Assembly (NCBI GenBank): GCA_017434185.1
Contig: JAFRFV010000187.1
Span: 8,035-72,034, forward strand
From: Coriobacteriales bacterium
GTDB taxonomy: Bacteria; Actinomycetota; Coriobacteriia; Coriobacteriales; RUG844
Direction: 5' to 3'
DNA: 64,000 bases
The position numbers were made by a program, and so were the translations under genes. Positions 16,307 through 25,651 of the stretch are shown piece after piece. Numbering within the stretch: position 1 is the first letter of the stretch; each line of letters begins with the position of its first letter. The notes beneath the pieces were generated by a model. The model made no database searches. It saw only the letters and a program-made list of their open reading frames with translations, and was not told the DNA's origin.

Positions 16307-16617
16307 GTTTATCGCCTCCTTTACAGCCCGCCTCTTGCAGGCTGCAGTCTCGCCAGCTCCCGCCGGCACCTGTGAAGTGATGTGCGCAATTCGCATCAAT
16401 GCGCACAACATTGCTAGTTAATCACAGCGGGGGGTCACATACAAGGCTCATTCGGGCTTCCCACGACAATCATCACATGTGATGGGAGGTCATTCGCCCT
16501 CCGTTCGCATCCGCCCTAGCGGGAATAATCGTGTATTCTCTGCTATCCTATTAACTGGCGGCCTTCGTGCCGCTACGATATGCAGGATAATGCCGTCTAG
16601 AAGATGGAGGCTACAAC

Positions 16618-17103
16618 ATGCCCTACGCACCGCTCTACACCCCCGCATACAAGCCCAACGGCAAGGAGATCGCCGTCATCGAGACCAACAAGGGCACCAT
16701 CCGCGTGCGGCTGCACGGCTTCGATGCTCCCATCCACGTTGGCAACTTCGTCGAACTGGCCAAGAAGGGCTTCTACGATGGTCTGAAGTTCCATCGCTAC
16801 GTTCCCAACTTCGTCATCCAGGGTGGCGACCCCATGGGCAACGGCAGGGGCGGTCCGGGCTACAGCATCAAGGGCGAGTGGAAGACCAACCCCAACAACC
16901 GCCACAAGGACGGCACCCTGGCTATGGCCCGCTCCAGCATGCCCGATTCCGCCGGCAGCCAGTTCTACCTCTGCCTTGGCCCCCAGCCCTTCCTGGATCG
17001 CGACTACACCGTATTCGGCGACACCATCGAGGGCCTCGACGTCGTCCACAGTCTGCGTCAGGGCGACATCATGAAGAAGATCAGCATCGAGAACGCCGAC
17101 TAG
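16618..17103 (+). CDS. ppiB: Peptidyl-prolyl cis-trans isomerase, cyclophilin type
   Basis: Contains FHRYVPNFVIQGGDPMGNGRGGPGY and GSQFYLCLG. Confidence 0.9.
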   Translation: MPYAPLYTPAYKPNGKEIAVIETNKGTIRVRLHGFDAPIHVGNFVELAKKGFYDGLKFHRYVPNFVIQGGDPMGNGRGGPGYSIKGEWKTNPNNRHKDGTLAMARSSMPDSAGSQFYLCLGPQPFLDRDYTVFGDTIEGLDVVHSLRQGDIMKKISIENAD

Positions 17104-17181
17104 CACCATCCCTTAGCACGACCGCGCGAGCCATGCTCGCTTGACGCAGCCCAAACGCACCCGCAGCGAACGAGGAGTCAC

Positions 17182-18486
17182 ATGAACCCGCAATCATCAA
17201 CGATCGCGAAGGAAGCCTACGAAGCCGGCAACTATGCGCTGGCATTGGAGACCTATCTGCGCATACTGCGCGAGGAATCGGCTTCCATCGAGCCCGGCGA
17301 GACGGGCTTCATCTACCATCAGATGGGCAACTGCCTGGTCAAGATGAAGCGCCTGGACAAGGCCATCCCCGCCTATGGGAAGGCGCTGGACGATCCCGAC
17401 TACGATCGTCGCTCCGCCCTTCTCGTCAACATGGGTCTCGCCTATGCCGCTTCCGGTGATTACGAAGGTGCCCTGCCCTTCTATGAGGAAGCTCTGGCCG
17501 ATGAGGCCAACGACGCTCCCTACAAGGCCTACAACGCACAGGGCCAGGCGCTTCTGAAGCTTGGCAAGGCCGCTGAGGCCGGCACCGCCTTCCGTGCCGC
17601 CGCCTTGGACGAGGCCAATCCCGACCCTGCCCGCTCCCTGGTGAACCTGGGCGTGTGCTTCATGGCTCTCAACCGTCCCCATGATGCCGTCGAGGCCTAC
17701 CGCGCGAGTCTCGAGTTCGACACGAGTGACTCCAACCGTAGCAAGGCATTCGCCAACCTGGGTCAAGCCTATTACGTGACCGGCCGCATGCGCGAGGCTG
17801 TCAGCTCGTTCGAGTCCGCCCTCGAGAACGGTGACTACCAACTCTCCAAGGCGGCCCAGGCTGATTACGTCGCTGCCAAGGCCGCGGTTGGTGATGTTCC
17901 CGCCGAGGCACCCGGTGCCGTCGACCAGGAAGCTCTCATGGCCGCCTACAAGGCCGGATCGACCGGCAGCTGGGAGGCGGCGACCGATGACAGCGCCTAC
18001 ATCCCGCCCGTCGATGACACCGGTTTCTTCAGCGTGACCGAGGATCAGATCAACCAGATGGGTCGTGAGTACGTACGCCAGGAGCGTAAGCTCAAGAACA
18101 TCGGTCTCAAGATCCTCCTCGCCCTGGCCATCCTCATCCTGCTCGCCCTTGGCGCCGTGGGCTTCGCCTATTACAAGGGTTATGGTTACCCGATGCAGGA
18201 AACCGTCGTCACCGATATGTTCCACGCCTATGCCAGCGGTGGCGACCTGACCCAGTACTGGGCCCAGGCGGATGAAGACGACATCATGCAGGTTATGTCC
18301 ATGGTTCCCAAGAGCGACAAGGTCAAGATCACCTCGATGCAGCGCAGCATGACCGATTCCACTGCATCCGTGGTCGTGACCACCCCGCAGGGCGGCGATC
18401 TCAAATACGTCGTCACCTTGGGTCGCGACATGCTGGGCTGGAAGATCACCAACGTCGAGCTGGTCTTCGCCAGCACCCAACCCTGA
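17182..18486 (+). CDS. TPR-repeat protein with one TM helix and a small C-terminal extracytoplasmic domain
   Basis: Several TPR-like repeats (AYEAGNYALALETYLRIL..., GDYEGALPFYEEAL...). The TM segment is IGLKILLALAILILLALGAVGFAYY. Confidence 0.7.
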   Translation: MNPQSSTIAKEAYEAGNYALALETYLRILREESASIEPGETGFIYHQMGNCLVKMKRLDKAIPAYGKALDDPDYDRRSALLVNMGLAYAASGDYEGALPFYEEALADEANDAPYKAYNAQGQALLKLGKAAEAGTAFRAAALDEANPDPARSLVNLGVCFMALNRPHDAVEAYRASLEFDTSDSNRSKAFANLGQAYYVTGRMREAVSSFESALENGDYQLSKAAQADYVAAKAAVGDVPAEAPGAVDQEALMAAYKAGSTGSWEAATDDSAYIPPVDDTGFFSVTEDQINQMGREYVRQERKLKNIGLKILLALAILILLALGAVGFAYYKGYGYPMQETVVTDMFHAYASGGDLTQYWAQADEDDIMQVMSMVPKSDKVKITSMQRSMTDSTASVVVTTPQGGDLKYVVTLGRDMLGWKITNVELVFASTQP

Positions 18487-18544
18487 TCCACATCCTCGAT
18501 ATAAGAACAGCCATCTGGAAGAAGACGAGAAAGGACCCCAAGAC

Positions 18545-18952
18545 ATGGCAGAGTTCCAAAGGACCTACATCATGCTCAAGCCGGATGCCGTGCGCAACGG
18601 CCACATCGGCGAGATCATCAACCGCTTCGAGCGTGCCGGTTTGAAGTTCGAGCGCATCGAGCTCGCGAACGTAACCCCCGAGCAGGCCGCAGCCAATTAC
18701 AAGGAGCATGAGGGTAAGCCCTTCTACGCGGGTCTTATCAGCTACATCACCTCCGGTCCCGTGGTCAAGTGCGTCGTCGCCGGCCCCGATGCCGTCGCCA
18801 ACGCCCGTCGTCTCATGGGTCCCACCAACCCGCTCAATGCCGGCCCCGGCACCATCCGCGGTGATTTCGGCCTGGTCATGGACGAGAACGTCATCCACGG
18901 TTCCGATTCCCCCGCATCCGCCGAGCGTGAGATCGGCATCTTCTTCGGTTAG
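18545..18952 (+). CDS. ndk: Nucleoside diphosphate kinase
   Basis: Contains RTYIMLKPDAV, NPLNAGPGTIRGDF and NVIHGSDS. Confidence 0.95.
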   Translation: MAEFQRTYIMLKPDAVRNGHIGEIINRFERAGLKFERIELANVTPEQAAANYKEHEGKPFYAGLISYITSGPVVKCVVAGPDAVANARRLMGPTNPLNAGPGTIRGDFGLVMDENVIHGSDSPASAEREIGIFFG

Positions 18953-18973
18953 GTCGCGGGGTAGGGGCAGGAC

Positions 18974-20038
18974 ATGCTCTTCCGCGTGATCGATAAGAAC
19001 GAGGTTCCATCGCTCGTGCGCGGCTTCGCGGCCCATTACGAGGTCGTCGGTCCGGTCGAGCGCAATGGCGGTTTCGCCTTCGACGAGGTGGGCAGCGACC
19101 CCTCGCGTCTGCGTGTCGACTACGACACCACCCTGCTGCCGCCCAAGAAGTACCTGTTCCCTCCCAAGGCGGAGCTGTTCACCTACGACACCGTGAACAA
19201 CGAGGTCAAGGACATCGACATCCCCGTGGTGCCGCGTGTCCTCTTTGGCCTCCATTCATGCGATATCAATGCGATCAATCGTCTGGATGCCGTCTTCATG
19301 GCCAGTGATTTCCCGGATCCCTACTATCGCGCCCAGCGTGAAGCGACCATGATCGTGGGCATCGATTGCACGCCCAACGATCACTGCTTCTGCAACCTGT
19401 GGGGCACCGATGAGGTGACCCAGGGCTACGATCTGTTCCTGCACGACCTGGGCGATCGCTATCTCGTGTCCATCCTGTCCGTCACCGCGGCGGAGATCCT
19501 GGCTGTCGCCACCAGCGCGCGTCCCGCCAGCCCCAAGGACTCCATCGACTTCCAGGAGAAGGCGCGCGCCTTCAAGAACAGCTTCAGCAGTGGTCCCGCC
19601 GTCTACGAGCTGCCCATCCTGATGGATGCCTTCTACAACGACGGGCTCTGGGACGAGCTGGGCGATCGATGCTTGTCATGCACCGCCTGCTCGATGGTCT
19701 GCCCCACCTGCTACTGTTTCAACATGGTGGACAAGCTCGACGCCGGCGGACGATCGGGCGCCCGCCTGAGGCTCTGGGATTCCTGTTGCTCGCCTTCCTT
19801 CGCGCTCGTGGCGGGTGGCCACAACTTCCGTCCCACCGCCGCGTCGCGCGTGCGCAATCGCTTCTACCACAAGTTCCTGGGGTATCTCTCCAAGTACGGC
19901 AACACCCTTTGCACCGGCTGCGGTCGTTGCGAACGTGCCTGCAAGGCGCATATCAGCCCCCGCGTCGTCATCCAGGGCCTGCAGCACAAGGCGGTCCAGA
20001 GCGATGCGGCCGCACAAGGGGAAGGAGGCCGCTCGTGA
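18974..20038 (+). CDS. Hydrogenase beta subunit (4Fe-4S, AsrA/HydB-like)
   Basis: Contains CLSCTACSMVCPTCYCF and CTGCGRCERACKAHI. It is the first of four contiguous or overlapping genes. Confidence 0.75.
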   Translation: MLFRVIDKNEVPSLVRGFAAHYEVVGPVERNGGFAFDEVGSDPSRLRVDYDTTLLPPKKYLFPPKAELFTYDTVNNEVKDIDIPVVPRVLFGLHSCDINAINRLDAVFMASDFPDPYYRAQREATMIVGIDCTPNDHCFCNLWGTDEVTQGYDLFLHDLGDRYLVSILSVTAAEILAVATSARPASPKDSIDFQEKARAFKNSFSSGPAVYELPILMDAFYNDGLWDELGDRCLSCTACSMVCPTCYCFNMVDKLDAGGRSGARLRLWDSCCSPSFALVAGGHNFRPTAASRVRNRFYHKFLGYLSKYGNTLCTGCGRCERACKAHISPRVVIQGLQHKAVQSDAAAQGEGGRS

Positions 20039-20892
20039 CCCAGCTGGCAAAGCCATCCATGTTCGAGAATCCCTACCGCCCCTGGCCTGCACGTATCACT
20101 TCCATCACCGAGCTCACCTCCACCGAGAAGCTCTTCGAGCTGCGCATCATCGATCCCGATGTCCGCGAGGCCTTCCATCACAGTGATGGTCAGTTCGTCG
20201 AACTCTCCATCTTCGGTGTGGGTGAGGCCCCCATCTCGATCTCAAGTTCGCCTTCCAAGCAGGGCTTCATCGAGCTGTGCGTACGCCGTGCCGGTACCGT
20301 GACCACGGTGCTCCACGACATGCAATGCGGCGATGTCGTGGGCCTGCGCGGTCCCTTCGGCCATGGCTTCCCCTTCGAGGAGATGAAGGGGAAGGACATC
20401 CTGCTCGTGGCCGGTGGTCTGGGCATCGCACCCCTGCGCTCGCTCATCAACCACATCCACGATGAACGCAGCGAGTTCGGCAACGTTACCATCATCTATG
20501 GCTCCCGCAATCCCGCTGAGGTCATGTTCCGTTCCCAGTTCGAGATGTGGCGCCACCGCAAGGACTTCAACCTCATCCTCACGGTCGATCGCACCAACGA
20601 CCTCCCGTGGGATGGCGAGGTGGGTCTTGTGACCAAGTTCATCCCCGGTCTCGAACTCGATCCCTCCAACACCTACGGAGCCATCGTCGGCCCTCCGGGC
20701 ATGTACCGCTTCGTCATCGCCGAGATGCGTAAGAAGGGTCTGCATTACGACAAGATCTACGTCTCTTTCGAGCGACAGATGAAATGCGGTATGGGCCGTT
20801 GCGGTCACTGCATGGTGGGCCACCAGTACACCTGCATCGACGGGCCGGTGTTCAACTACTGGGAAGCCGTCAACATCCAGGGGGCGATGTAG
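20035..20892 (+). CDS. Hydrogenase gamma subunit (FAD/NAD(P)-binding, C-terminal [2Fe-2S]; AsrB/HydG-like)
   Basis: Ferredoxin-reductase-type fold motifs (GQFVELSIFGVGEAPISISS, LLVAGGLGIAPL) and a C-terminal CGMGRCGHCMVG. The GTG at 20035 follows GGAAGGAGG and forms a GTGA overlap with the upstream stop. Confidence 0.75.
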   Translation: MTQLAKPSMFENPYRPWPARITSITELTSTEKLFELRIIDPDVREAFHHSDGQFVELSIFGVGEAPISISSSPSKQGFIELCVRRAGTVTTVLHDMQCGDVVGLRGPFGHGFPFEEMKGKDILLVAGGLGIAPLRSLINHIHDERSEFGNVTIIYGSRNPAEVMFRSQFEMWRHRKDFNLILTVDRTNDLPWDGEVGLVTKFIPGLELDPSNTYGAIVGPPGMYRFVIAEMRKKGLHYDKIYVSFERQMKCGMGRCGHCMVGHQYTCIDGPVFNYWEAVNIQGAM

Positions 20893-21705
20893 ATGGCAGG
20901 CAAGAAGGTATTCGGACTCAACCAGATCAATCCCGCCTCCCATGCCCTCGAGCACAAGGAAGCTGCCAAGGTGGCCGTCTTCGGTCTGGCGAGCGACTTC
21001 GGCTGCCAAGTGCAGATGACCAATATCGAGAGGGAACTTCTCGATGTGCTGGGTATGTTCGAGCTCGTCTACTGGCAGCTCGTGTCGAGTGCTCCGCTGC
21101 CGGAAGACTTCGATATCGCCATCATCGAGGGTGCGGTGTGCACCCAGGAGCACGTCGAGACACTCCAGTGGATAAGGGAGCGCGCGAAGGTCGTCATCGC
21201 CATAGGCGCCTGTGCCGTCACCGGTGGCATCCCGGGGCTCGCCCGCGGGAACGTGGATGACTTCGCAAAACGGGTCTACGGCGATGTGCCCGCATCCTGT
21301 GGCAGCATGGCCAGCCCGCGTCCCGTGAGCGATATCATCGCGGTCGATTTCACCGTACCCGGTTGTCCCATCGAACCCCTCGAACTCGTCGCGGTGCTCC
21401 AACGTGCCCTCATGGGTGGCAATCCGGAAGCCGGAGGCCGTTCCATGTGCGGCGACTGTCGCTTGAATGAGGACGTGTGCTTCTTCGAGCGCGGCAGGAT
21501 CTGTCTTGGGCTCGTGACCCGCGCCGGTTGCGGTGCTCCCTGCATCAAACTCGGCTATCCCTGCAATGGTTGCCGCGGTCTGGCGGCGAGCGCCAATCTG
21601 GATAGCGCGCGCGATATCGTCGCCGGTTACGGCCTTGATGTCGCGGACTTCGATGCCCGTCTGCAGATCTTCAACAAGGCCGGTCAGGACAGTTCGCGGT
21701 CCTGA
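20893..21705 (+). CDS. [NiFe] hydrogenase small (delta) subunit
   Basis: Contains FGLASDFGCQVQM, IGACAVTGGIPG and VPGCP, plus additional Cys clusters (CGDCRLNEDVCFF, GCGAPC, CNGC). The start codon abuts the upstream stop. Confidence 0.8.
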   Translation: MAGKKVFGLNQINPASHALEHKEAAKVAVFGLASDFGCQVQMTNIERELLDVLGMFELVYWQLVSSAPLPEDFDIAIIEGAVCTQEHVETLQWIRERAKVVIAIGACAVTGGIPGLARGNVDDFAKRVYGDVPASCGSMASPRPVSDIIAVDFTVPGCPIEPLELVAVLQRALMGGNPEAGGRSMCGDCRLNEDVCFFERGRICLGLVTRAGCGAPCIKLGYPCNGCRGLAASANLDSARDIVAGYGLDVADFDARLQIFNKAGQDSSRS

Positions 21706-21724
21706 TGGCGAAAGGTGGATCCAG

Positions 21725-22996
21725 ATGACCCAAACGAGATTGAACATCCACCACGTGGCCAGGATCGAAGGCCATGGCAACGTGAACATAGAGGTGCAGG
21801 ATGGCGTCTTGACGGACGTCGAGATGAACATCACCGAACCCGCGCGCATGTTCGAACAGATGGTGCGCGGACGTAGCTGCACGGAAGTCTCCTACATCGC
21901 GAGCCGCATCTGCGGCATCTGCTCTCCCAACCATGCCATCACCTCTCTCCTGTGCCTTGAGGATGCGATGGGCATCGAGGTGAGTGAGCGTACCTCCAAG
22001 CTGCGCTCCCTGCTCATCCGCGGTTCCTATCTGCAGAATCACGCCACCCACCTGTATGTGCTCGCTGCTCCGGACTACGTTGGGCTCCAGAGCGCCTTCC
22101 CGCTGGCGACCGCAGCACCCGATGTGCTCAGCCGTGCTTTGGAGATCAAGCGTCTGGGTAACGAGCTCTGCAACGCGGTTGGAGGTCGCAGCGTACATCC
22201 CAACACCTGCGTCATCGGTGGCTTCACCGCGGAACCCGACCCCAAGGTCCTGCTCGCCCTCGCCGATCGTCTCCAGGCGATCGCGGATGACTGCATCGCC
22301 ACGGGCGATCTGTTCGGTCATTTCGAGGTGCCCGATTTCAAGAGCCAGGGTGACCTTCTGTGCCTGGTGGAGGACGACGACTACGCTGTCATCTCCGGAC
22401 AGACCCGCGCTTTGCTCTCAGCGTGGACCCGTCCGGTGGGGGAGTACCGCGATTTCATCATCGAGCGCTCGCGTCCGTATTCCAACGCCAAGTTCTCCAC
22501 GCTTCCCAACGGCCGCACCTTCATGACCGGTGCGATCGCCCGCGTGAACCAGAGCTGGGGCAAGCTCTCACCCGCCGCCCGCATCGTCGCCGCCAAGGCG
22601 GGTCTCCGCCCCGTGTGGCTCAACAGTTTCAAGAACAACCTCTCGCAGGCCATCGAACTCGTTGACTGCGTCGAGCGCTGCGCTCAGCTCTGCCGCGAGA
22701 TCGCCGCTGACACCGGCAGCAGTGCCCCCGCTCCCTTCGAGTTCAAATCGGGCCATGGCGTCGCTGCCACGGAAGCTCCCCGCGGCACCGTCTACTATGA
22801 GATCGATGTGGACGATAAGGGCCGCGTGGAGTACGCCAACATCCTGACTCCCACCGCTCAGAGTCTTGCGAACCTTGAGAACGACCTGCGCCTGTTCGTT
22901 CCGCGGATCGTCGACCGTGATCCCGATACCTTCAAGATGCTGGTCGAGAAGCTCGTGCGTGCATACGATCCCTGCCTGTCCTGTGCCGTTCATTAG
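21725..22996 (+). CDS. [NiFe] hydrogenase large (alpha) subunit
   Basis: N-terminal HVARIEGHG, the L1 motif RICGICSPNH, and a C-terminal DPCLSCAVH followed directly by a stop. I moved the start to the ATG at 21725. Confidence 0.9.
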   Translation: MTQTRLNIHHVARIEGHGNVNIEVQDGVLTDVEMNITEPARMFEQMVRGRSCTEVSYIASRICGICSPNHAITSLLCLEDAMGIEVSERTSKLRSLLIRGSYLQNHATHLYVLAAPDYVGLQSAFPLATAAPDVLSRALEIKRLGNELCNAVGGRSVHPNTCVIGGFTAEPDPKVLLALADRLQAIADDCIATGDLFGHFEVPDFKSQGDLLCLVEDDDYAVISGQTRALLSAWTRPVGEYRDFIIERSRPYSNAKFSTLPNGRTFMTGAIARVNQSWGKLSPAARIVAAKAGLRPVWLNSFKNNLSQAIELVDCVERCAQLCREIAADTGSSAPAPFEFKSGHGVAATEAPRGTVYYEIDVDDKGRVEYANILTPTAQSLANLENDLRLFVPRIVDRDPDTFKMLVEKLVRAYDPCLSCAVH

Positions 22997-23157
22997 CCGG
23001 TATCGGTTACGTGAGGATGTAAAGCATCCGTTGATTCACGGAAATAGGATGGAGATGCACGTGCTGTGCTACACTTGAATACCAACCATCTGTCATGATG
23101 GTCGTCTTGTGTCGCATGCCGTCCTTCGGGACCCGTTAGTAGAAATGGATCGACATC

Positions 23158-24198
23158 GTGTCTATCTTCGATGCACTCTTCGCCAACTGGGCCAGTGACA
23201 TGGCCATCGACCTGGGTACCGCCAACACCCTTGTTCTGGTGCGCGGTCAGGGCCTCGTGCTCAACGAGCCCTCCGTCGTGGCCATCGAGCAGCAGGAGAA
23301 GCGCGTCCTCGCCGTCGGTTTGGATGCGAAGGACCTGTTGGGCCGCACTCCCGGCAATATCGTCGCCCTGCGTCCGCTGCGTGATGGCGTCATCGCCGAC
23401 TACGACGTCACCGAGGCGATGCTGCGCTATTTCATCAACAAGGCTCTGCCCCGTAAGTACCCCTGGCAGTCCAAGCCCCGCATCGTCATCTGCGTTCCCA
23501 CCGGTGCCACCAGCGTCGAGCGCAAGGCCGTCTACGAGGCCTGCATCGATGCGGGCGCCCGTCAGGCGTTCCTCATCGAAGAGCCCATGGCTGCTGCCAT
23601 CGGCGCTGGTCTTCCCGTTGAGGAACCCACCGGCTCCATGGTCGTCGACATCGGCGGTGGTACGAGCGAAGTCGCCGTCATCTCGTTCGGCGGTATCGTC
23701 GCGAGCACTCCGGTGCGTGTCGCCGGCAACGCCTTCGATGCGGCCATCCAGGAATATGCCAAGGAAGCCTACAACCTGGTGATCGGCGAGCGCACCGCCG
23801 AGGAGATCAAGATCAAGATCGGCTCGGCCGCTCCACTCCTTGAGGAACTCGATGCCGAGGTCTGCGGTCGCGACAACCTCACCGGCAGCCCCCGTACGAT
23901 CCGCTTCGAATCCGAAGAGATCCGCGATGCCCTCAAGCCCTGCGTCGACGAGATCGTCAAGGGTGTCAAGGCCACTCTGCGCGAGACCCCCGCTGATCTT
24001 TCCGCCGATCTCATGGAGTACGGCATCCTGCTCACCGGAGGTGGCGGACTGCTCCGTGGCCTCGATGAACGCATCATGGCCGAGACCGGTGTTCCCGTAT
24101 ACGTTTCCCCCACTGCGCTGACCAATGTGGTCGAAGGTTGCGCGAAGGTCCTCGAAGTCCCCGGAGCTCTCACTCAGCCTTATCTGCAGAATCGATAG
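23158..24198 (+). CDS. mreB: Rod shape-determining protein MreB
   Basis: Contains DMAIDLGTANTLV, DIGGGTSEVAVIS and LTGGGGLLRGLD. GTG start. Confidence 0.95.
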   Translation: MSIFDALFANWASDMAIDLGTANTLVLVRGQGLVLNEPSVVAIEQQEKRVLAVGLDAKDLLGRTPGNIVALRPLRDGVIADYDVTEAMLRYFINKALPRKYPWQSKPRIVICVPTGATSVERKAVYEACIDAGARQAFLIEEPMAAAIGAGLPVEEPTGSMVVDIGGGTSEVAVISFGGIVASTPVRVAGNAFDAAIQEYAKEAYNLVIGERTAEEIKIKIGSAAPLLEELDAEVCGRDNLTGSPRTIRFESEEIRDALKPCVDEIVKGVKATLRETPADLSADLMEYGILLTGGGGLLRGLDERIMAETGVPVYVSPTALTNVVEGCAKVLEVPGALTQPYLQNR

Positions 24199-24213
24199 CC
24201 AGGGCGTCCCATC

Positions 24214-25086
24214 ATGAGGATCATCGGCACCGCAAGGAAGAAGAACGCCACGGGGTGGTACTACCTCCTGGCCTTCGTCATCCTCTCCCTCGTCCTGCTC
24301 ACCTGTTGGGCGCGGGAAGGGGAGGATGGTGTGCTGCATGACGTCCGTAGCGGCAGCAAGGTCATCACGACGCCCTTATCCCACTTCGGTTCCATCCTGG
24401 GTGCCCCCTTCAGGGCCGTTGGCAACGCGTTCTCAAACATGGGAACCAGCCCCAGCGAGATCGCTGCGCTCAAGTACCAGAACGACGAACTCATGGCGCA
24501 GGTCATGCAACTCGAGGAATACCGCCAGGAGGCGGAGCGCCTACAGGGTCTGCTCGCCATCCGTGATGCCTACAACGTGCAGGCCGTGGGTGCCAGCGTG
24601 ATCGGCCGTTCGTCCAACAGCTGGAGCTTCTCCATCGAGATCAACAAGGGTTCGCGTGATGGCATCGAGGTGGGCATGCCCGTCATGAACTCCGCCGGTC
24701 TGATCGGTCAGGTCGAGGACGTGAGTTACATGTCCTCCACCGTTCGCCTGATCACCGATGAGAACAGTGGCGTCGCCGCCATGATCCAATCCTCCCGTGC
24801 CGAAGGCATCCTGAACGGTTCCATCAACGGCACTCTGTATTTGAACTACATCACTCGTGACCAGAAGGTGCAGGTTGGTGATGTCATCATCACCAGTGGC
24901 ATGGGTGGTGTGTATCCCAAGGGCATCGCCATCGGAGAGATCGTGAGCGTCGAAGGAGACGAGGGCGATCTGTACTACACCATCGTGGTGGCGCCTCTCA
25001 CGAGCGCCAGATACTCCGAGGAAGTCCTTGTACTGACCGGTGACGAGATCGAGGTCTCGCGTATCGACCAGCAGGCGGGTGATTAG
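24214..25086 (+). CDS. mreC: Rod shape-determining protein MreC
   Basis: N-terminal TM helix, a coiled-coil segment (LKYQNDELMAQVMQLEEYRQEAERLQ) and beta-rich repeats (GLIGQVEDV, ITSGMGGVYPKGIAIGEI). Confidence 0.9.
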   Translation: MRIIGTARKKNATGWYYLLAFVILSLVLLTCWAREGEDGVLHDVRSGSKVITTPLSHFGSILGAPFRAVGNAFSNMGTSPSEIAALKYQNDELMAQVMQLEEYRQEAERLQGLLAIRDAYNVQAVGASVIGRSSNSWSFSIEINKGSRDGIEVGMPVMNSAGLIGQVEDVSYMSSTVRLITDENSGVAAMIQSSRAEGILNGSINGTLYLNYITRDQKVQVGDVIITSGMGGVYPKGIAIGEIVSVEGDEGDLYYTIVVAPLTSARYSEEVLVLTGDEIEVSRIDQQAGD

Positions 25087-25089
25087 TCC

Positions 25090-25641
25090 ATGGAGGATAC
25101 CGACCTGCGCTTCTACCTGATCGTCTGCGTCATCTGCCTTCTGTTGCAGCTCATGGTGGCCCCCAACATCGCCATCAACGGCATCGTGCCCAACATCCTC
25201 TTCGTCCCGGTCACGCTGGCGGGTTTCCTCTACGACAGCCGTTGGGGTTGCACCGTGGGTTTCATCGCCGGCCTCCTGCTCGACCTGTTGGGTGTCGGGC
25301 CTCTTGGTGGCATGGCTCTCATCTGCTCCATCATGGGTTTCGCATGCAGTCTGCTTCCGCGCAGCATCTTCAGTGAGAGTTGGCTGTCGCCGGTGGGATG
25401 GTTCGCGCTGTGCGCACTGGGCGCCAACCTGGTCTATGGTCTGCTCCTGCTCATCATGGGCGAGGCGAGCAGCTTGGGCGGCATCCTGCTGTATCGCATT
25501 ATCCCCAATACGCTGTATGACAGCGCCTTCGCCTTCCTGGTGTACCCGTTCGTCTACTGGCAGCTCTCCCAGAACAAGCCCCGCATCCGCGCTGGCCACA
25601 GGGCGAGCCGTCGCAAGAGCAGCGGCAAGAAGCTCAAGTAG
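25090..25641 (+). CDS. mreD: Rod shape-determining protein MreD
   Basis: Polytopic membrane protein immediately downstream of mreC. Confidence 0.75.
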   Translation: MEDTDLRFYLIVCVICLLLQLMVAPNIAINGIVPNILFVPVTLAGFLYDSRWGCTVGFIAGLLLDLLGVGPLGGMALICSIMGFACSLLPRSIFSESWLSPVGWFALCALGANLVYGLLLLIMGEASSLGGILLYRIIPNTLYDSAFAFLVYPFVYWQLSQNKPRIRAGHRASRRKSSGKKLK

Positions 25642-25651
25642 GTGGTGGGGC

